The notes under the pieces are model-generated. The model had not been told where the DNA came from. It was given only the letters and a program-made list of their open reading frames with translations, and searched no databases. Shown in pieces: positions 47,424 to 57,600 of a stretch of 64,000 nt of DNA; the stretch's first letter is position 1, and every line of letters begins with the position of its first letter. The translations under genes were made by a program, and so were the position numbers. This DNA is from Patescibacteria group bacterium (GTDB lineage Bacteria > Patescibacteriota > Microgenomatia > CAYGWK01), in NCBI GenBank assembly GCA_049322615.1, contig JBMORX010000005.1, positions 395 through 64,394 on the forward strand, read 5' to 3'.

Positions 47424-48182
47424 ATGTTTGATTTAACCGGTAAAAAGGCTTTGGTGACTGGAGCCTCGAGGGGAATTGGTCGGGGAATTGCCCTGGCTTT
47501 AGCCAGGCAGGGAGCGGATGTGGTTGTCAATTTCCGTTCAAATGGCGAGGAGGCGGAAAAGGTTGTTTCCGAAATAAAAGCCTTGGGTCGAGATAGTTTT
47601 GCGGTTCAGGCTGATATCTCCAATAAAGAGTCAGTTGGAAAAATGTTTGGGGAAGTAAAAACGAAATGGGGGAAATTGGATATTTTAGTTAACAACGCTG
47701 GGATTGTTCAGTTTGCTCCTTTTGAGGAGTTGACTGAAGAACAATGGGATGCGGTTTTAGACACGAATTTAAAAGGTCAGTTTTTATGCTCCCAGGAGGC
47801 AGTTAAATTAATGTCTCCTGGTTCAAGAATTATTAATATTGCCTCAATCGCCTCTGGCGGAGTTGGAGTTGGTTTCTCGCGAATTTCCCATTATACCGCC
47901 TCCAAAGGCGGAGTGGTCGCCTTAACCGAAAATATGGCCTTGGATTTAGCCGCAAAAGGAATCAATGTTTGCGCCATCGCTCCGGGAATAATTGAGACAG
48001 ATATGACCCGCGATATGCTTTCGGATGAGAAAGCCAAGGCCGGACTTTTAGCCAGAATTCCTAAAGGAAGAGTAGGCAAACCAGAAGACATTGGGGCGGC
48101 GGCCGCTTTTTTGGCATCCGATGAGGCAGATTATATTACGGGAACAGTAATTTACGTTGATGGAGGCTGGCTAGCCGCGTAA
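47424..48182 (+). CDS. SDR-family oxidoreductase (FabG-like)
   Basis: TGASRGIGRGIA cofactor motif; YTASKGG catalytic motif. Confidence 0.8.
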   Translation: MFDLTGKKALVTGASRGIGRGIALALARQGADVVVNFRSNGEEAEKVVSEIKALGRDSFAVQADISNKESVGKMFGEVKTKWGKLDILVNNAGIVQFAPFEELTEEQWDAVLDTNLKGQFLCSQEAVKLMSPGSRIINIASIASGGVGVGFSRISHYTASKGGVVALTENMALDLAAKGINVCAIAPGIIETDMTRDMLSDEKAKAGLLARIPKGRVGKPEDIGAAAAFLASDEADYITGTVIYVDGGWLAA

Positions 48183-48302
48183 GAACGTAACATTTGCTTT
48201 GCAAAGTGTACGTTCAACGCGGCTTATCACGTTAATCGCCAAAGGCGATTTTACGTGATGGCAGGCTAGAAGTTTTAGAAGATTCCTTAGGTGTCTACCT
48301 AG

Positions 48303-48318
48303 CACACACCGGGTGTGT
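48303..48318. promoter_or_regulatory. J-family palindrome cacacaccgggtgtgt at the 5' end of the hemerythrin-like gene
   Basis: Fourth copy of the dyad. Confidence 0.4.
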
Positions 48319-48884
48319 ACAAATGCAAAAATATGAAAGCGACCAAAATGCTTCAAGATGAACATCGGGTAATTGAAAGATTTCTGCATGTGTTGGCAAA
48401 ACTGGCAGATAGAGCAGAAAAAGGCAGGATTGAAGAAGAAAAATTTAGCCAAGTTTTGGATTTTATTCAGACTTTTGCCGACCGCTGTCATCATGGTAAA
48501 GAAGAAGATGTTTTGTATCCCCTCCTTGAAAAAAAGGGAATTCCAAAAGTTGGTGGGCCAATCGGGATGATGTTATTTGAACACGAAGAGGGAAGAGGTT
48601 ATGTGGCTGGTTTGACCAAGGCAATCGAGGGATACAGGAGCGGCAAGAACACAAAAGAAGAGATTATTGAAAATGCCCGCGGTTATATTGGAATTTTGGA
48701 AAATCATATTCCCAAAGAAGACAATATTTTGTACCCCATGGGAGAGCAGGTTTTAAGCCCTCAAGACGACAGCAATCTGATTTCGGAGTTTGAAAAAATT
48801 GAAAAAGAGAGGATTGTGCCAGGGAAGCACGAAGAATATCATCGATTAATTGAGCGATTAGAGAAGGAGATTAAAAATGATTGA
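48315..48884 (+). CDS. hemerythrin-like domain protein (true start may be a downstream ATG)
   Basis: H...HHGKEE...H..E.. cation-binding pattern. Confidence 0.5.
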   Translation: MYKCKNMKATKMLQDEHRVIERFLHVLAKLADRAEKGRIEEEKFSQVLDFIQTFADRCHHGKEEDVLYPLLEKKGIPKVGGPIGMMLFEHEEGRGYVAGLTKAIEGYRSGKNTKEEIIENARGYIGILENHIPKEDNILYPMGEQVLSPQDDSNLISEFEKIEKERIVPGKHEEYHRLIERLEKEIKND

Positions 48885-49203
48885 GCTGACTGATAAAACT
48901 TTTGAGATTGAAGTTTTGAAATCAAATCTTCCGGTTTTGGTTGATTTTTGGGCGCAGTGGTGCGGCCCATGCTTGATGGCCGCTCCGGTCATCGAAGAAT
49001 TAGCCAAAGAATACGAGGGAAAGATTAAGGTGGGAAAATTAAATGTTGACGAAAATCCAAAAATAGCCGAGAAATATGGCATCTTAAGTATTCCGACGGT
49101 GGTGGTCTTCAGAAATGGAGAGGAAGTAAAAAGACAGGTCGGATTTCCTGGCAGGGAAGGTTACCTTAAATTGATCCAGGAAATTTTAAATTTAAAATTT
49201 TAA
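48877..49203 (+). CDS. trxA: thioredoxin
   Basis: WCGPC active site. Confidence 0.85.
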   Translation: MIELTDKTFEIEVLKSNLPVLVDFWAQWCGPCLMAAPVIEELAKEYEGKIKVGKLNVDENPKIAEKYGILSIPTVVVFRNGEEVKRQVGFPGREGYLKLIQEILNLKF

Positions 49204-49240
49204 ATGTATATTTTCAATTTACTATTTACAATTTACTATA

Positions 49241-50218
49241 ATGTATGATCTGATCATTATCGGTTTAGGTCCGGCAGGCTTGACTTCCTCAATTTATGCT
49301 TCGCGTTTTCGGATAAAGCATTTGCTAATTGGAAGCTCGCTGGGAGGAGCAATGGCTTTGGCTTTTTCTGTGGAAAATTACCCAGGATTTGAGAAGATTT
49401 CCGGTTTGGAATTGGCTAAAAAAATGGAAAGCCAAGCCAAAAATCTAGGGGCGGAGATTTTGGTTGATGAGGTGGTTAAAATCAAGGGAGGTCCTTCTTT
49501 TACGGTAGAAACTGCTTCAGGGAGAAAATTTCAAGCCAAAAATCTAATTGTGGCGACTGGGACAAAGCGCCGGCAGTTAGGAATTCCTGGTGAGACAGAA
49601 TATCTTGGTCGAGGGGTCTCTTATTGTTCAACCTGCGATGCCCCCTTTTTTAAGGATAAGGTGGTGGCAGTCATTGGCGGGTCAAACGCGGCCGCCATGG
49701 GAGCGGTTCATCTTTCCTCTTTTGCCAAAAAGGTTTATTTGCTCTATCGGGGAAAGCCTTTGCGCGCCGAGCCTGCTTGGGTGGAGAAGGTAGAAAAGAC
49801 ACCCAGGATTACGGTGATTTACGAAACGAATATTAAAAAGATATTAGGATATAAAGATATTAAGATATTAAGCGAAGAAGAAAAAGCACCTAGTATCGAT
49901 CGAGTGGCGGCGGTGGAATTGGATAAACCATACAAGGGGAAAAGGCTTTTGCCTGTGGATGGGGTTTTTGTGGAAATTGGGGGTGTTCCTGGAGCAGAGT
50001 TAGTCAAGCCTTTGGGAGTGGAACTTAATGAGAAGGGATTTATCAAGGTAGGAGCGGATATGGCGACCAATATTGCCGGAATTTTTGCCGCTGGAGATGT
50101 GGCTAATGCCTCTGGTGAGCTTCAGCAGATAGTGACGGCTGTCTCCGAAGGAGCAATTGCCGCCGCCTCGGTTTACCAAAATCTGGGACTTGACAAAGAC
50201 ATTAAGTGTACGTTATAA
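49241..50218 (+). CDS. trxB: thioredoxin-disulfide reductase
   Basis: FAD GxGxxG, CSTCD redox centre; in-frame G-family insert 49836-49898 (KKILGYKDIKILSEEEKAPSID). Confidence 0.85.
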   Translation: MYDLIIIGLGPAGLTSSIYASRFRIKHLLIGSSLGGAMALAFSVENYPGFEKISGLELAKKMESQAKNLGAEILVDEVVKIKGGPSFTVETASGRKFQAKNLIVATGTKRRQLGIPGETEYLGRGVSYCSTCDAPFFKDKVVAVIGGSNAAAMGAVHLSSFAKKVYLLYRGKPLRAEPAWVEKVEKTPRITVIYETNIKKILGYKDIKILSEEEKAPSIDRVAAVELDKPYKGKRLLPVDGVFVEIGGVPGAELVKPLGVELNEKGFIKVGADMATNIAGIFAAGDVANASGELQQIVTAVSEGAIAAASVYQNLGLDKDIKCTL

Positions 50219-50508
50219 TGATCAACGGAGGTGAATTTATGGATATCATCGCCGCTACCCATGCTCGAAGTAAATTCCTTGAGCTGGTGGACGAAGTTGA
50301 TAAATTTTTAAAACGTTATATTATCACTAAAAAGGGTCGACCCAAGGCGGTCCTTTTATCGGCCGAAGAATTTGAGTCTTGGGAAGAAACTCTCTATACT
50401 CTTTCTCATCCTCAAACCATGAAGGCTATTCGAGAAGGGGAGAGAGACTGGAAAGCGGGGCGAAAAGAGAAATTTGTTGCTTTAGAAGAATTAAGGAAAA
50501 AAGATTAA
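50206..50508 (+). CDS. Phd/YefM-family antitoxin
   Basis: KGRPKAVLLSAEEFESWEETLY. Confidence 0.7.
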   Translation: MYVIMINGGEFMDIIAATHARSKFLELVDEVDKFLKRYIITKKGRPKAVLLSAEEFESWEETLYTLSHPQTMKAIREGERDWKAGRKEKFVALEELRKKD

Positions 50509-50514
50509 AGAATA

Positions 50515-50772
50515 ATGCCTGCTAGAGTTATTCTCCACCGCCAGGCAGAAAAGGATCTGCGGAGACTTCCTAAACTTATTTTTAAGGCAGTTTGGCGAGC
50601 CCTTGAGGATCTTGAAAAAAATCCCCTGGTTGGTTTGCCTTTGCGAGGCGAACTTGAAGGCAAAAGAAAATATCGAATAGGAGATTGGCGAATTATTTAT
50701 GAGTTTTTAGCCAAAGAAAAAATCGTTATCGTCTACAAAATCGAATCCCGCAGCCAAGTTTACAAAAGATAA
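50515..50772 (+). CDS. RelE/ParE-family toxin
   Basis: YRIGDWRIIYEF....IVIVYKIESRSQVY. Confidence 0.7.
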   Translation: MPARVILHRQAEKDLRRLPKLIFKAVWRALEDLEKNPLVGLPLRGELEGKRKYRIGDWRIIYEFLAKEKIVIVYKIESRSQVYKR

Positions 50773-50819
50773 AAATAAATGACAGGGTCCGTCCCTGTCA
50801 GGACTTGGGCAAAAAATCT

Positions 50820-50850
50820 TCACCAAACTTGACAAGCCAGAAATTTAATC
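50820..50850 (+). promoter_or_regulatory. promoter candidate TTGACA-16-TAAAAT
   Basis: Upstream of ORF 50912. Confidence 0.3.
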
Positions 50851-50911
50851 TAAAATGAAATTGCTGCCCAAATGGGCAGTTTTAAGTTTGAAGGAAAGGA
50901 GATGAAGAAAA

Positions 50912-51562
50912 ATGAGTCGATCGAAAACCCCAGAAGGGAAGGAATCATCAGAGTCAGAACCAATTTTTCCTAAAACAGGACTAGATCTGATAAAAAGGGC
51001 GGTTGGAGAAAATCCGATCCAATGGATTAAGATAACCATGGAGCGTCGCTATGGAGACCTAGAGCTAGTTATAGTAGGGAATAATGGTATTTGGGGAAAA
51101 TTTCAGAAAGATTACTTCCTTACTCCTACTGAGCCCAGTAAACAGTTTTTAGAAGAAGTCGGAGCGGTCAAAACGGAAGTGCATCTCGGAACTGACTGGT
51201 GGGACCTTCGTTATCCTACTAAATTGGCTCGGAAACTAAAAGAGTTACGAGGAGAAGAAGCTATCCTTTTGTTTTTAGATACAGGAACGTTTGATTTTGG
51301 AACCCTGGTATATGAAGTTCCAACCAAAAATATTGATGGCTTAATTGCCGAGGCGGATAAACAAGGGGGGAAGTACTCGCTTTCCGCTGAATTAGTGACT
51401 TTTGGATTCTCTGTGGAGGAAGGGAGATTTGCCCTTGAGCAGTATACGGTGCCTTGGGGAGCAATAAAGATTGGAGAAGCGGTGCCACGGATTGAGGTAG
51501 CCTTAGAAAATAGTAGAAGATTAGAAGCGTTTCTGGTTGCTAATCAAGGTGTTTTTAAATAA
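50912..51562 (+). CDS. hypothetical protein
   Basis: 216-aa ORF. Confidence 0.35.
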   Translation: MSRSKTPEGKESSESEPIFPKTGLDLIKRAVGENPIQWIKITMERRYGDLELVIVGNNGIWGKFQKDYFLTPTEPSKQFLEEVGAVKTEVHLGTDWWDLRYPTKLARKLKELRGEEAILLFLDTGTFDFGTLVYEVPTKNIDGLIAEADKQGGKYSLSAELVTFGFSVEEGRFALEQYTVPWGAIKIGEAVPRIEVALENSRRLEAFLVANQGVFK

Positions 51563-52442
51563 TAGTGATATTTCCGGTCATGATAGGGTTTAACGCCGTC
51601 AAGGCCTGTATTAAACACGAGAAAATCTTATTAAAACGGGGTTCGTTAAATCATTGAATCCTCTTGGACAAGATAAGCCTAAAGGCTTATGTTGTCCCAA
51701 TCCTAGATTCTATTACATTCCCTTTACTCATACATTTTTTATGCCGATCGGCATTAAAAAAGTATGCCCGGAGAACCGCTTAGACATTAAGTAATAAAGA
51801 GCTCACAAGGCTTTGGGCTTATTGACAATTCATGACAGGCTGACAGGGTCCGTCCCTGTCAGGGCTTCCCTCCTGGTTTTGCAGAAACTTAGGAGCGTCG
51901 CAGGGTGGAGAACAATAAATAAAAACCAATAAAGGCAACTATTAAAGAAATAATAGCAAAGATAATCCGACCGTCCATTCTACCTCACTTCCTAATAAAC
52001 AAATAAATAGCAATTAGAATGATGCCGCTTCCCAAACTTGCAAATGAAAAAAGCGTTAACCAATCATAATTCATGATTTGACTCCTTTTACGAAAAATAA
52101 CCCTGTTCGTAAAAATCCCAGCGAGAAAAAGGCGCCCCATAAAAACGAAATTGCTGCCTCAGACCAGTTTTTAGGCCAGGACGGAAAGACACTGATTACT
52201 CCCGCGACAAACCAGGCAACGCCAATATTAGAAAGAAATTCGGCAATTAGTCTTTGTTGCCCAACAGATAATTTCTTCATCCATTTTGATGATATCATTT
52301 CCTTAGGAAGGGTGTCAACGGGCATAATCCACCGATTGAGAGGGTTTGTCCCTGTCACCCTTCGTCGACCGGTCAACGACCATATTTTTCCAGTGCCGAT
52401 CGGCACTAAAAAAGTAAGGCGAATTCTGACCCTTGACTTTGA

Positions 52443-52655
52443 GTGGGGATTGATGGTAGGATACCGAAAGTTATGGCAAGACTGCCTCAAGTTGATAAAG
52501 ACGTGTGTATTGGGTGCGGGCTTTGTGTGACGATTGCCCCGAAGACTTTTAGACTTAGGAAAGATGGTAAAGCCGAGGTAATCAATCCACCAGGGGATGA
52601 GGAAGAGAAAATTAAAGAAGCAGTCGATTCCTGCCCGGTAGGAGCAATAAAGTAG
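52443..52655 (+). CDS. 4Fe-4S ferredoxin (single-cluster)
   Basis: CIGCGLC...CP. Confidence 0.65.
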   Translation: MGIDGRIPKVMARLPQVDKDVCIGCGLCVTIAPKTFRLRKDGKAEVINPPGDEEEKIKEAVDSCPVGAIK

Positions 52656-52685
52656 AGGTTATTAGTAATTAGTTATTAGCAATTT

Positions 52686-53396
52686 ATGGAAGAAAAGAAA
52701 ATCACTAATTTTACTGTTCCAATTCTGGTTGTTTTGCTGGCCGTGGCCGCTTTTTTGGCCGGCTCTTTTTTTACCCGGATTCAATATCTTGAGAAAAAGC
52801 CTGGAACAGCCCAAGTGAGTCCAACTCCCGAGGCAGCTGGTCAGCCTACCCCCGTAGTTTTAGGAGAGGAAGAGATAGCCAAACTGGTCGAGACCGGCCA
52901 GGTTAAAGGAGAGGAGACTGCCAAAGTAACCATGGTTGAATTTTCTGATTTCCAATGTCCATTTTGTGCTCGCTATGCCAAAGAAACTTTTCCCCAGATT
53001 GAAAAGGAATATATAAAAACTGGCAAAGTCCGCTATATTTTCCATCATTATCCTTTGTCTTTCCATCAATATGCCCAAAAGGCAGCCGAGGCAGCCGAAT
53101 GTGCGGGAGAGCAAGGAAAGTTTTGGGAAATGCATGATAAGATTTTTGCCAATCAAGAAAAAATAACCGTCGCCGACCTTAAAAAATATGCTCAAACCCT
53201 GGAGCTACCTTTGGCGGATTTCAACTCCTGCCTGGACTCGGATAAATATAAAAACAAGGTTCAGGGAGATGTGAGTCTTGGGGGAAGTGTGGGGGTGAGT
53301 GGGACTCCGGCTTTCTTTATCAATGGCAGACTGGTTTCTGGAGCTTTACCCTACGAAAACTTCAAAGTAATTATTGAAGAGGAGTTGGGAAAGTAA
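52686..53396 (+). CDS. DsbA-like thiol:disulfide oxidoreductase with N-terminal membrane anchor
   Basis: FSDFQCPFCARY thioredoxin-fold CxxC. Confidence 0.7.
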   Translation: MEEKKITNFTVPILVVLLAVAAFLAGSFFTRIQYLEKKPGTAQVSPTPEAAGQPTPVVLGEEEIAKLVETGQVKGEETAKVTMVEFSDFQCPFCARYAKETFPQIEKEYIKTGKVRYIFHHYPLSFHQYAQKAAEAAECAGEQGKFWEMHDKIFANQEKITVADLKKYAQTLELPLADFNSCLDSDKYKNKVQGDVSLGGSVGVSGTPAFFINGRLVSGALPYENFKVIIEEELGK

Positions 53397-53414
53397 AGAG
53401 AGAAGATCTCGCTT

Positions 53415-53620
53415 TAGGGCGGGATTTTTTGTTCTTGCGCTTTTGCTCGGGGATGAATTTGTTGTTCGCCTCAAGAGATGGCGTCCCGATTAAATCGGGA
53501 CACGGCTTGCTTGGATGAGAAATTCAAAACTCGAGTTGTGTTCCGAAGGACGCAAGCCTGGGACGTCAGACGTCCCCTGCCACATTGAGGCTTCACAAAA
53601 ATTATCCCCTCGCCGCGCTT
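53415..53620. repeat. F-family element copy 3 (hairpin gtcccgattaaatcgggac)
   Basis: See 1208-1400. Confidence 0.5.
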
Positions 53621-53680
53621 ATATGATTTAAAATTCTGATTCTCCGAGTTCTCCGAGTTTTCTGATAGAATATTCTTTGG

Positions 53681-53986
53681 ATGGCTCATACTATCTTCCA
53701 TCACCTTTTTATTGCTTTTAGAGCGGTTGTACGCGGTCTGGTGCTTTTAGCGGTCTGGATTGCGGTTTCCTTAACTGGAGTCTTTTTTTGGAGCCAGTTT
53801 TCCTCGCCAATAAATCTAGTTTTAGGGGCGCCACTTTTCTTAATCGGTTTGACCATGGGACTGTCCGCTCTTTATGAAGCGGTGGTTGGAGTCATCTCCT
53901 GGCGGTGGGGAAGAACCCATTGTCCGTTTTGTGAGCCACCAAAAGAAGTTAAAAAAATTCTTTCTCCTTATGATGGATTTAAATAA
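53681..53986 (+). CDS. hypothetical membrane protein
   Basis: Two TM segments. Confidence 0.3.
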   Translation: MAHTIFHHLFIAFRAVVRGLVLLAVWIAVSLTGVFFWSQFSSPINLVLGAPLFLIGLTMGLSALYEAVVGVISWRWGRTHCPFCEPPKEVKKILSPYDGFK

Positions 53987-54668
53987 AGAGTAATTAGTAA
54001 ATAGTAATTAGTAATTGGGTCCTTGACTTTTTTTATTTTTTAGCGTAAATTAACTCCACCTCTGTCCAAGCCTGCTCCAGTTTCTATCCTAATTACAAAT
54101 TACGAATTACTAATATCTAAAATATCTAAAATCTCCTGCCCAGCCCCATAGGGCCTTACCGTTCGCCTTCAGGTTCTATTCGAACACGGCTCACGGAGCG
54201 GCCTGACGGGGCAAGGGAGGTTTTTATGTTATATTGGGGCCTTTTTACTTTTGGCTACTGCCTCGGGGCGATTTTCGCCACTTTTATTTTCTCTGGACGC
54301 GCTGATTAACGCTGAAAATCAGGCTAAAAGAGGAGATAAATTACTCAAAGAAAACAACCGGTTTAGTCTTTTAACTAATAGCGTCGTCAAAAATAGGCTG
54401 ATTAACGCTGAATTTTTGAGGCTATAGTTTTGATAACCAGGCTATTCTACCAAACTATTTGTCTGATAACAAAATACTATATTTAATAAAACTTTGACAA
54501 TAATATAGACCTATAAAAAAACTTCCCCATCATTTTAGCCTCGGAAATAGTGATCTTCCGTGATTGTTGGTTTTTAGTTTTGTGCTTGACGGTCTAAAAC
54601 CCCTAAAATCATCTTAACTTATAGGGACTTGACAAGAGTACCCATGAAAGGTAACAATTAAAGGGTAA

Positions 54669-57600
54669 ATGACTGCCCAAGAAAAATTAAAAATTCTTCA
54701 AAAAGTTTTAAAAGAAGGCGCTTCGGTTTCTTCTGTCTGTCGAAAATTTAAAATTTCCCGAAAAACCTTTTATGCTTGGAAGAAAAGATATTTGGCAGTC
54801 GGACCGAGGGGAAAGATCACTTGCCTTGAAAAACGCCATTTAAGAGGCTTACAGCACCCCCGAGGCTTAAGACTTCGCTTTAAAAAAGACATTTTGAGAC
54901 TGGTAACCCTTCATCCGGAGTGGGGAAGCCATACCCTAAATAAAAAATTAAAAATAAAAAATAAAATATTGGGTAACCATGGTGTTTATTCCTTATTAAA
55001 AGAGCTGGGTCTTGAGACATATCTAAAAAGAAAAGAGTTTGCCGGCGATTATCGCAGCCCATTAAGGCTTTTGCCCGAAGCGAGAAAGCGGATGGTTGAA
55101 AGGGTGATTCTGGCTCAAGAAAAAGTAGGAGAGGTAGCTGGCGAATTCGTGGTCAGCCGGAAGACACTTTGGAAATGGGCAAAAAGATATAAAGAAGGAC
55201 AAGAAATGCAAGATCAAAATCCGACCGGCTCAAGCCATCCTCGGGGAACACCGGAGTGGCTGGAGAAGAAAATCCTGGAGGCTATCGTCAGAAATCCAGA
55301 GTATTCAACTCACAAGTTGGCGCAAATTATTCCAAAAATCGGTAATCATGGGATACAGAATGTATTATTGCGAAATGGTTTGAATACTTTTGATAGGAGA
55401 CTGGTTTATGCCCGAACCCATGCTCCTGTTTCTCTGGTTCAACCAATTACCGGTTGGCTCAACCGTCTCAAATCTGTCTGGCAAACTTTTGTTCCCACCA
55501 TTGCTCCAGCCCCCCCGCCAAAAATCTTTCAGATATTTAGGCGGGCAAGCCCTCCCTTCTTGCTTTCTTTCCTTACAAGTTCAATTCTTTCTTTTCTTTT
55601 TCTCCTCTGGCTTTCAATGATTTCTTCCTATCCCGCTTTCTTACGTCCTGGTCTTTTCTTTGCCTCGATTTCTTTATTAGTTGGTTCTTTTTTCTTCTTA
55701 TACTCAATGAAATATTACTTTACTTTGGCGCTTGTTTTGTCGTTCTCGACGCAAACAAGCGAGGTGGGGCCCGCCTCCGTTGACACTTCGGCGAGGCAAG
55801 GCTGGTTGGCGAGGATATTTGGAATCGGTAATGGTGCCTTAAGAGGTCTGACCTCTTTAAAGTCTTCGACCGAGGTCAGACCTCCCCTAGGAGGTGGTTT
55901 GCAACCAAACCTGGAGCATATTAAATTAGAAAGATATCCTTTTATCTCTGTCCACCTACCTTTTTATAATGAGAAGAAAGTGGCGGAGAGAATTTTGTCT
56001 GCCTGTACCTCTTTTGATTATCCCCATTACGAGGTGATTGTTTGCGATGATTCGACCGATGAGACAGTCGAAATCATTAACGAATGGAAAGACCATCCCC
56101 GCGTTAAGATTCTTCACCGACCGACAAGAGAAGGATTTAAAGGTGGGGCCCTTCGGGAAGCCTTAAAACACCTGGATCCGAAAACGGAGTTTGTCATCAT
56201 CTTTGATGCGGATTTTATTCCCTATCCTGATACCTTAGAAATGTTTGTCAAATACTTTAAGGCGACAGGAGGATGGAATGAGCAACAGAGCTATCAAGCT
56301 ACCAGGCTATCAAGTATGCCTTACGATACCTTTTCCAAAGTAGAGATTAGCACTTCGACAAGCTCAGTGCTAGAAAAACAGGTTGAAGAACTAAGGAAAA
56401 AGAATAACATTGCCTGTGTGGCGGGTTATCAATGGCATGTTTTAAATAAATCAGAAAACTGGATAACCAGGGGAGTGAGAACTGAATACGCGGGAAGCTA
56501 TGTGATTGAAAGACCAGGGCAAGAGATTCTTGGAGCCTTAAAGATTATCCATGGGTCTGTTTACTGTATCAGAGCCGATGTTTTGAAGCATTTTGGTTGG
56601 GGAACAAGTATTACTGAAGATTTTGAGTTAACCTTAAGAATCTACGAGAAAGGGTTTAAAGTAGTTTACACTCCCTATGTCCAGGCACCTTCAGAGTGTG
56701 TCTCGACCATTAAAAGATTAATTAGACAGAGAATGAGGTGGGCAGAGGGACACTCCTTTAATGTCCGAAAGATGTTTTTAAGACTTTTGTTTGGGAAGTG
56801 GGAGACGGTGAAGACAGAAGACAGAGGACGGACGACGGATACAGAGGACAGAGAACAGAAAACAGAGCATCAGCCTTCAGTCATCGGTTTTCAAAATCCG
56901 TCTTCCGCTTTCAGTCTTCCGTCTTCCAGGCGGTGGGTTCCTTCAAAACTCACCTTCGCCGAGAAACTGGAATTTCTCTACCTCAGCCCTTATTATCTTC
57001 AAGCTTTTTTCTTTTTAATCGGGACCTTCTCTTGGCTAATCAGTGAGACTGTTTTTCCTGCCAGACTCCCTTTCTGGACTTCTCTCTGGGGCTGGTCTTT
57101 GGTCTTAACCAACTTCTTTGCCCTACCTTTAGTCAATGCCGTGGGATTATTTTTAGAGGAGAGTGAGGAAAGAGATTACTTAGGGATTTTATCATTTGTG
57201 GCTTTGTCTTATTTGTTAGTTCCCTTCCAAGCCTATGCTGCAGTTAAAGGCTTTTTAGAGTCCCAAGAAGGCCCCTGGTTTAGAACCCCAAAAACAGGCA
57301 AGATTACCGATATTTTTACAAGAGGCAGATTCTATCGCTGGATTACCGGTATTTTACCAGGTCGGGCAAAGCCCTCCCTAGCGCCGATTGCCGCTGATAT
57401 CAGCGCTGATCAGCGCGGATTTTTCAATCAGCCATTATCAGCGTATGTCGCCTTAGCGACAGCCAATAATCACTTTAATCGCTTTCATATCAAGCCTAAG
57501 AAAATGAGATGGTTGGCAAAAACTTTTCTTGCTGTTCTCTTAATCCTAAGCCTTAATCTTTCCTGGCTGTCTTTCAAAGTTCCTTTGGCTCACGCCTCGC

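Noticed and set aside
51570-51900. 330-nt non-coding stretch as a possible housekeeping RNA (RNase P RNA, tmRNA, SRP RNA, 6S)
   Set aside because: No recognisable conserved boxes of any of these RNAs by eye. Contains family repeats. Left unannotated.
52078-52530. Plus-strand ORF 52078-52530 and the N-terminal half of minus ORF 52071-52490
   Set aside because: The region contains repeats (tgccgatcggcaYtaaaaaagta x2, H-hairpin fragment) and has no recognisable protein features. Only the C-terminal hydrophobic part of the minus-strand frame (about 52071-52283), plus two tiny TM ORFs at 51900-52077, look plausibly coding, and confidence is too low to annotate.
4688-54118. T- and K-family tandem motifs as possible CRISPR arrays
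   Set aside because: Units are only 6-11 bp, have no unique spacers of 25-40 bp, and no cas genes are nearby. They behave as dispersed micro-satellite-like or MITE repeats.
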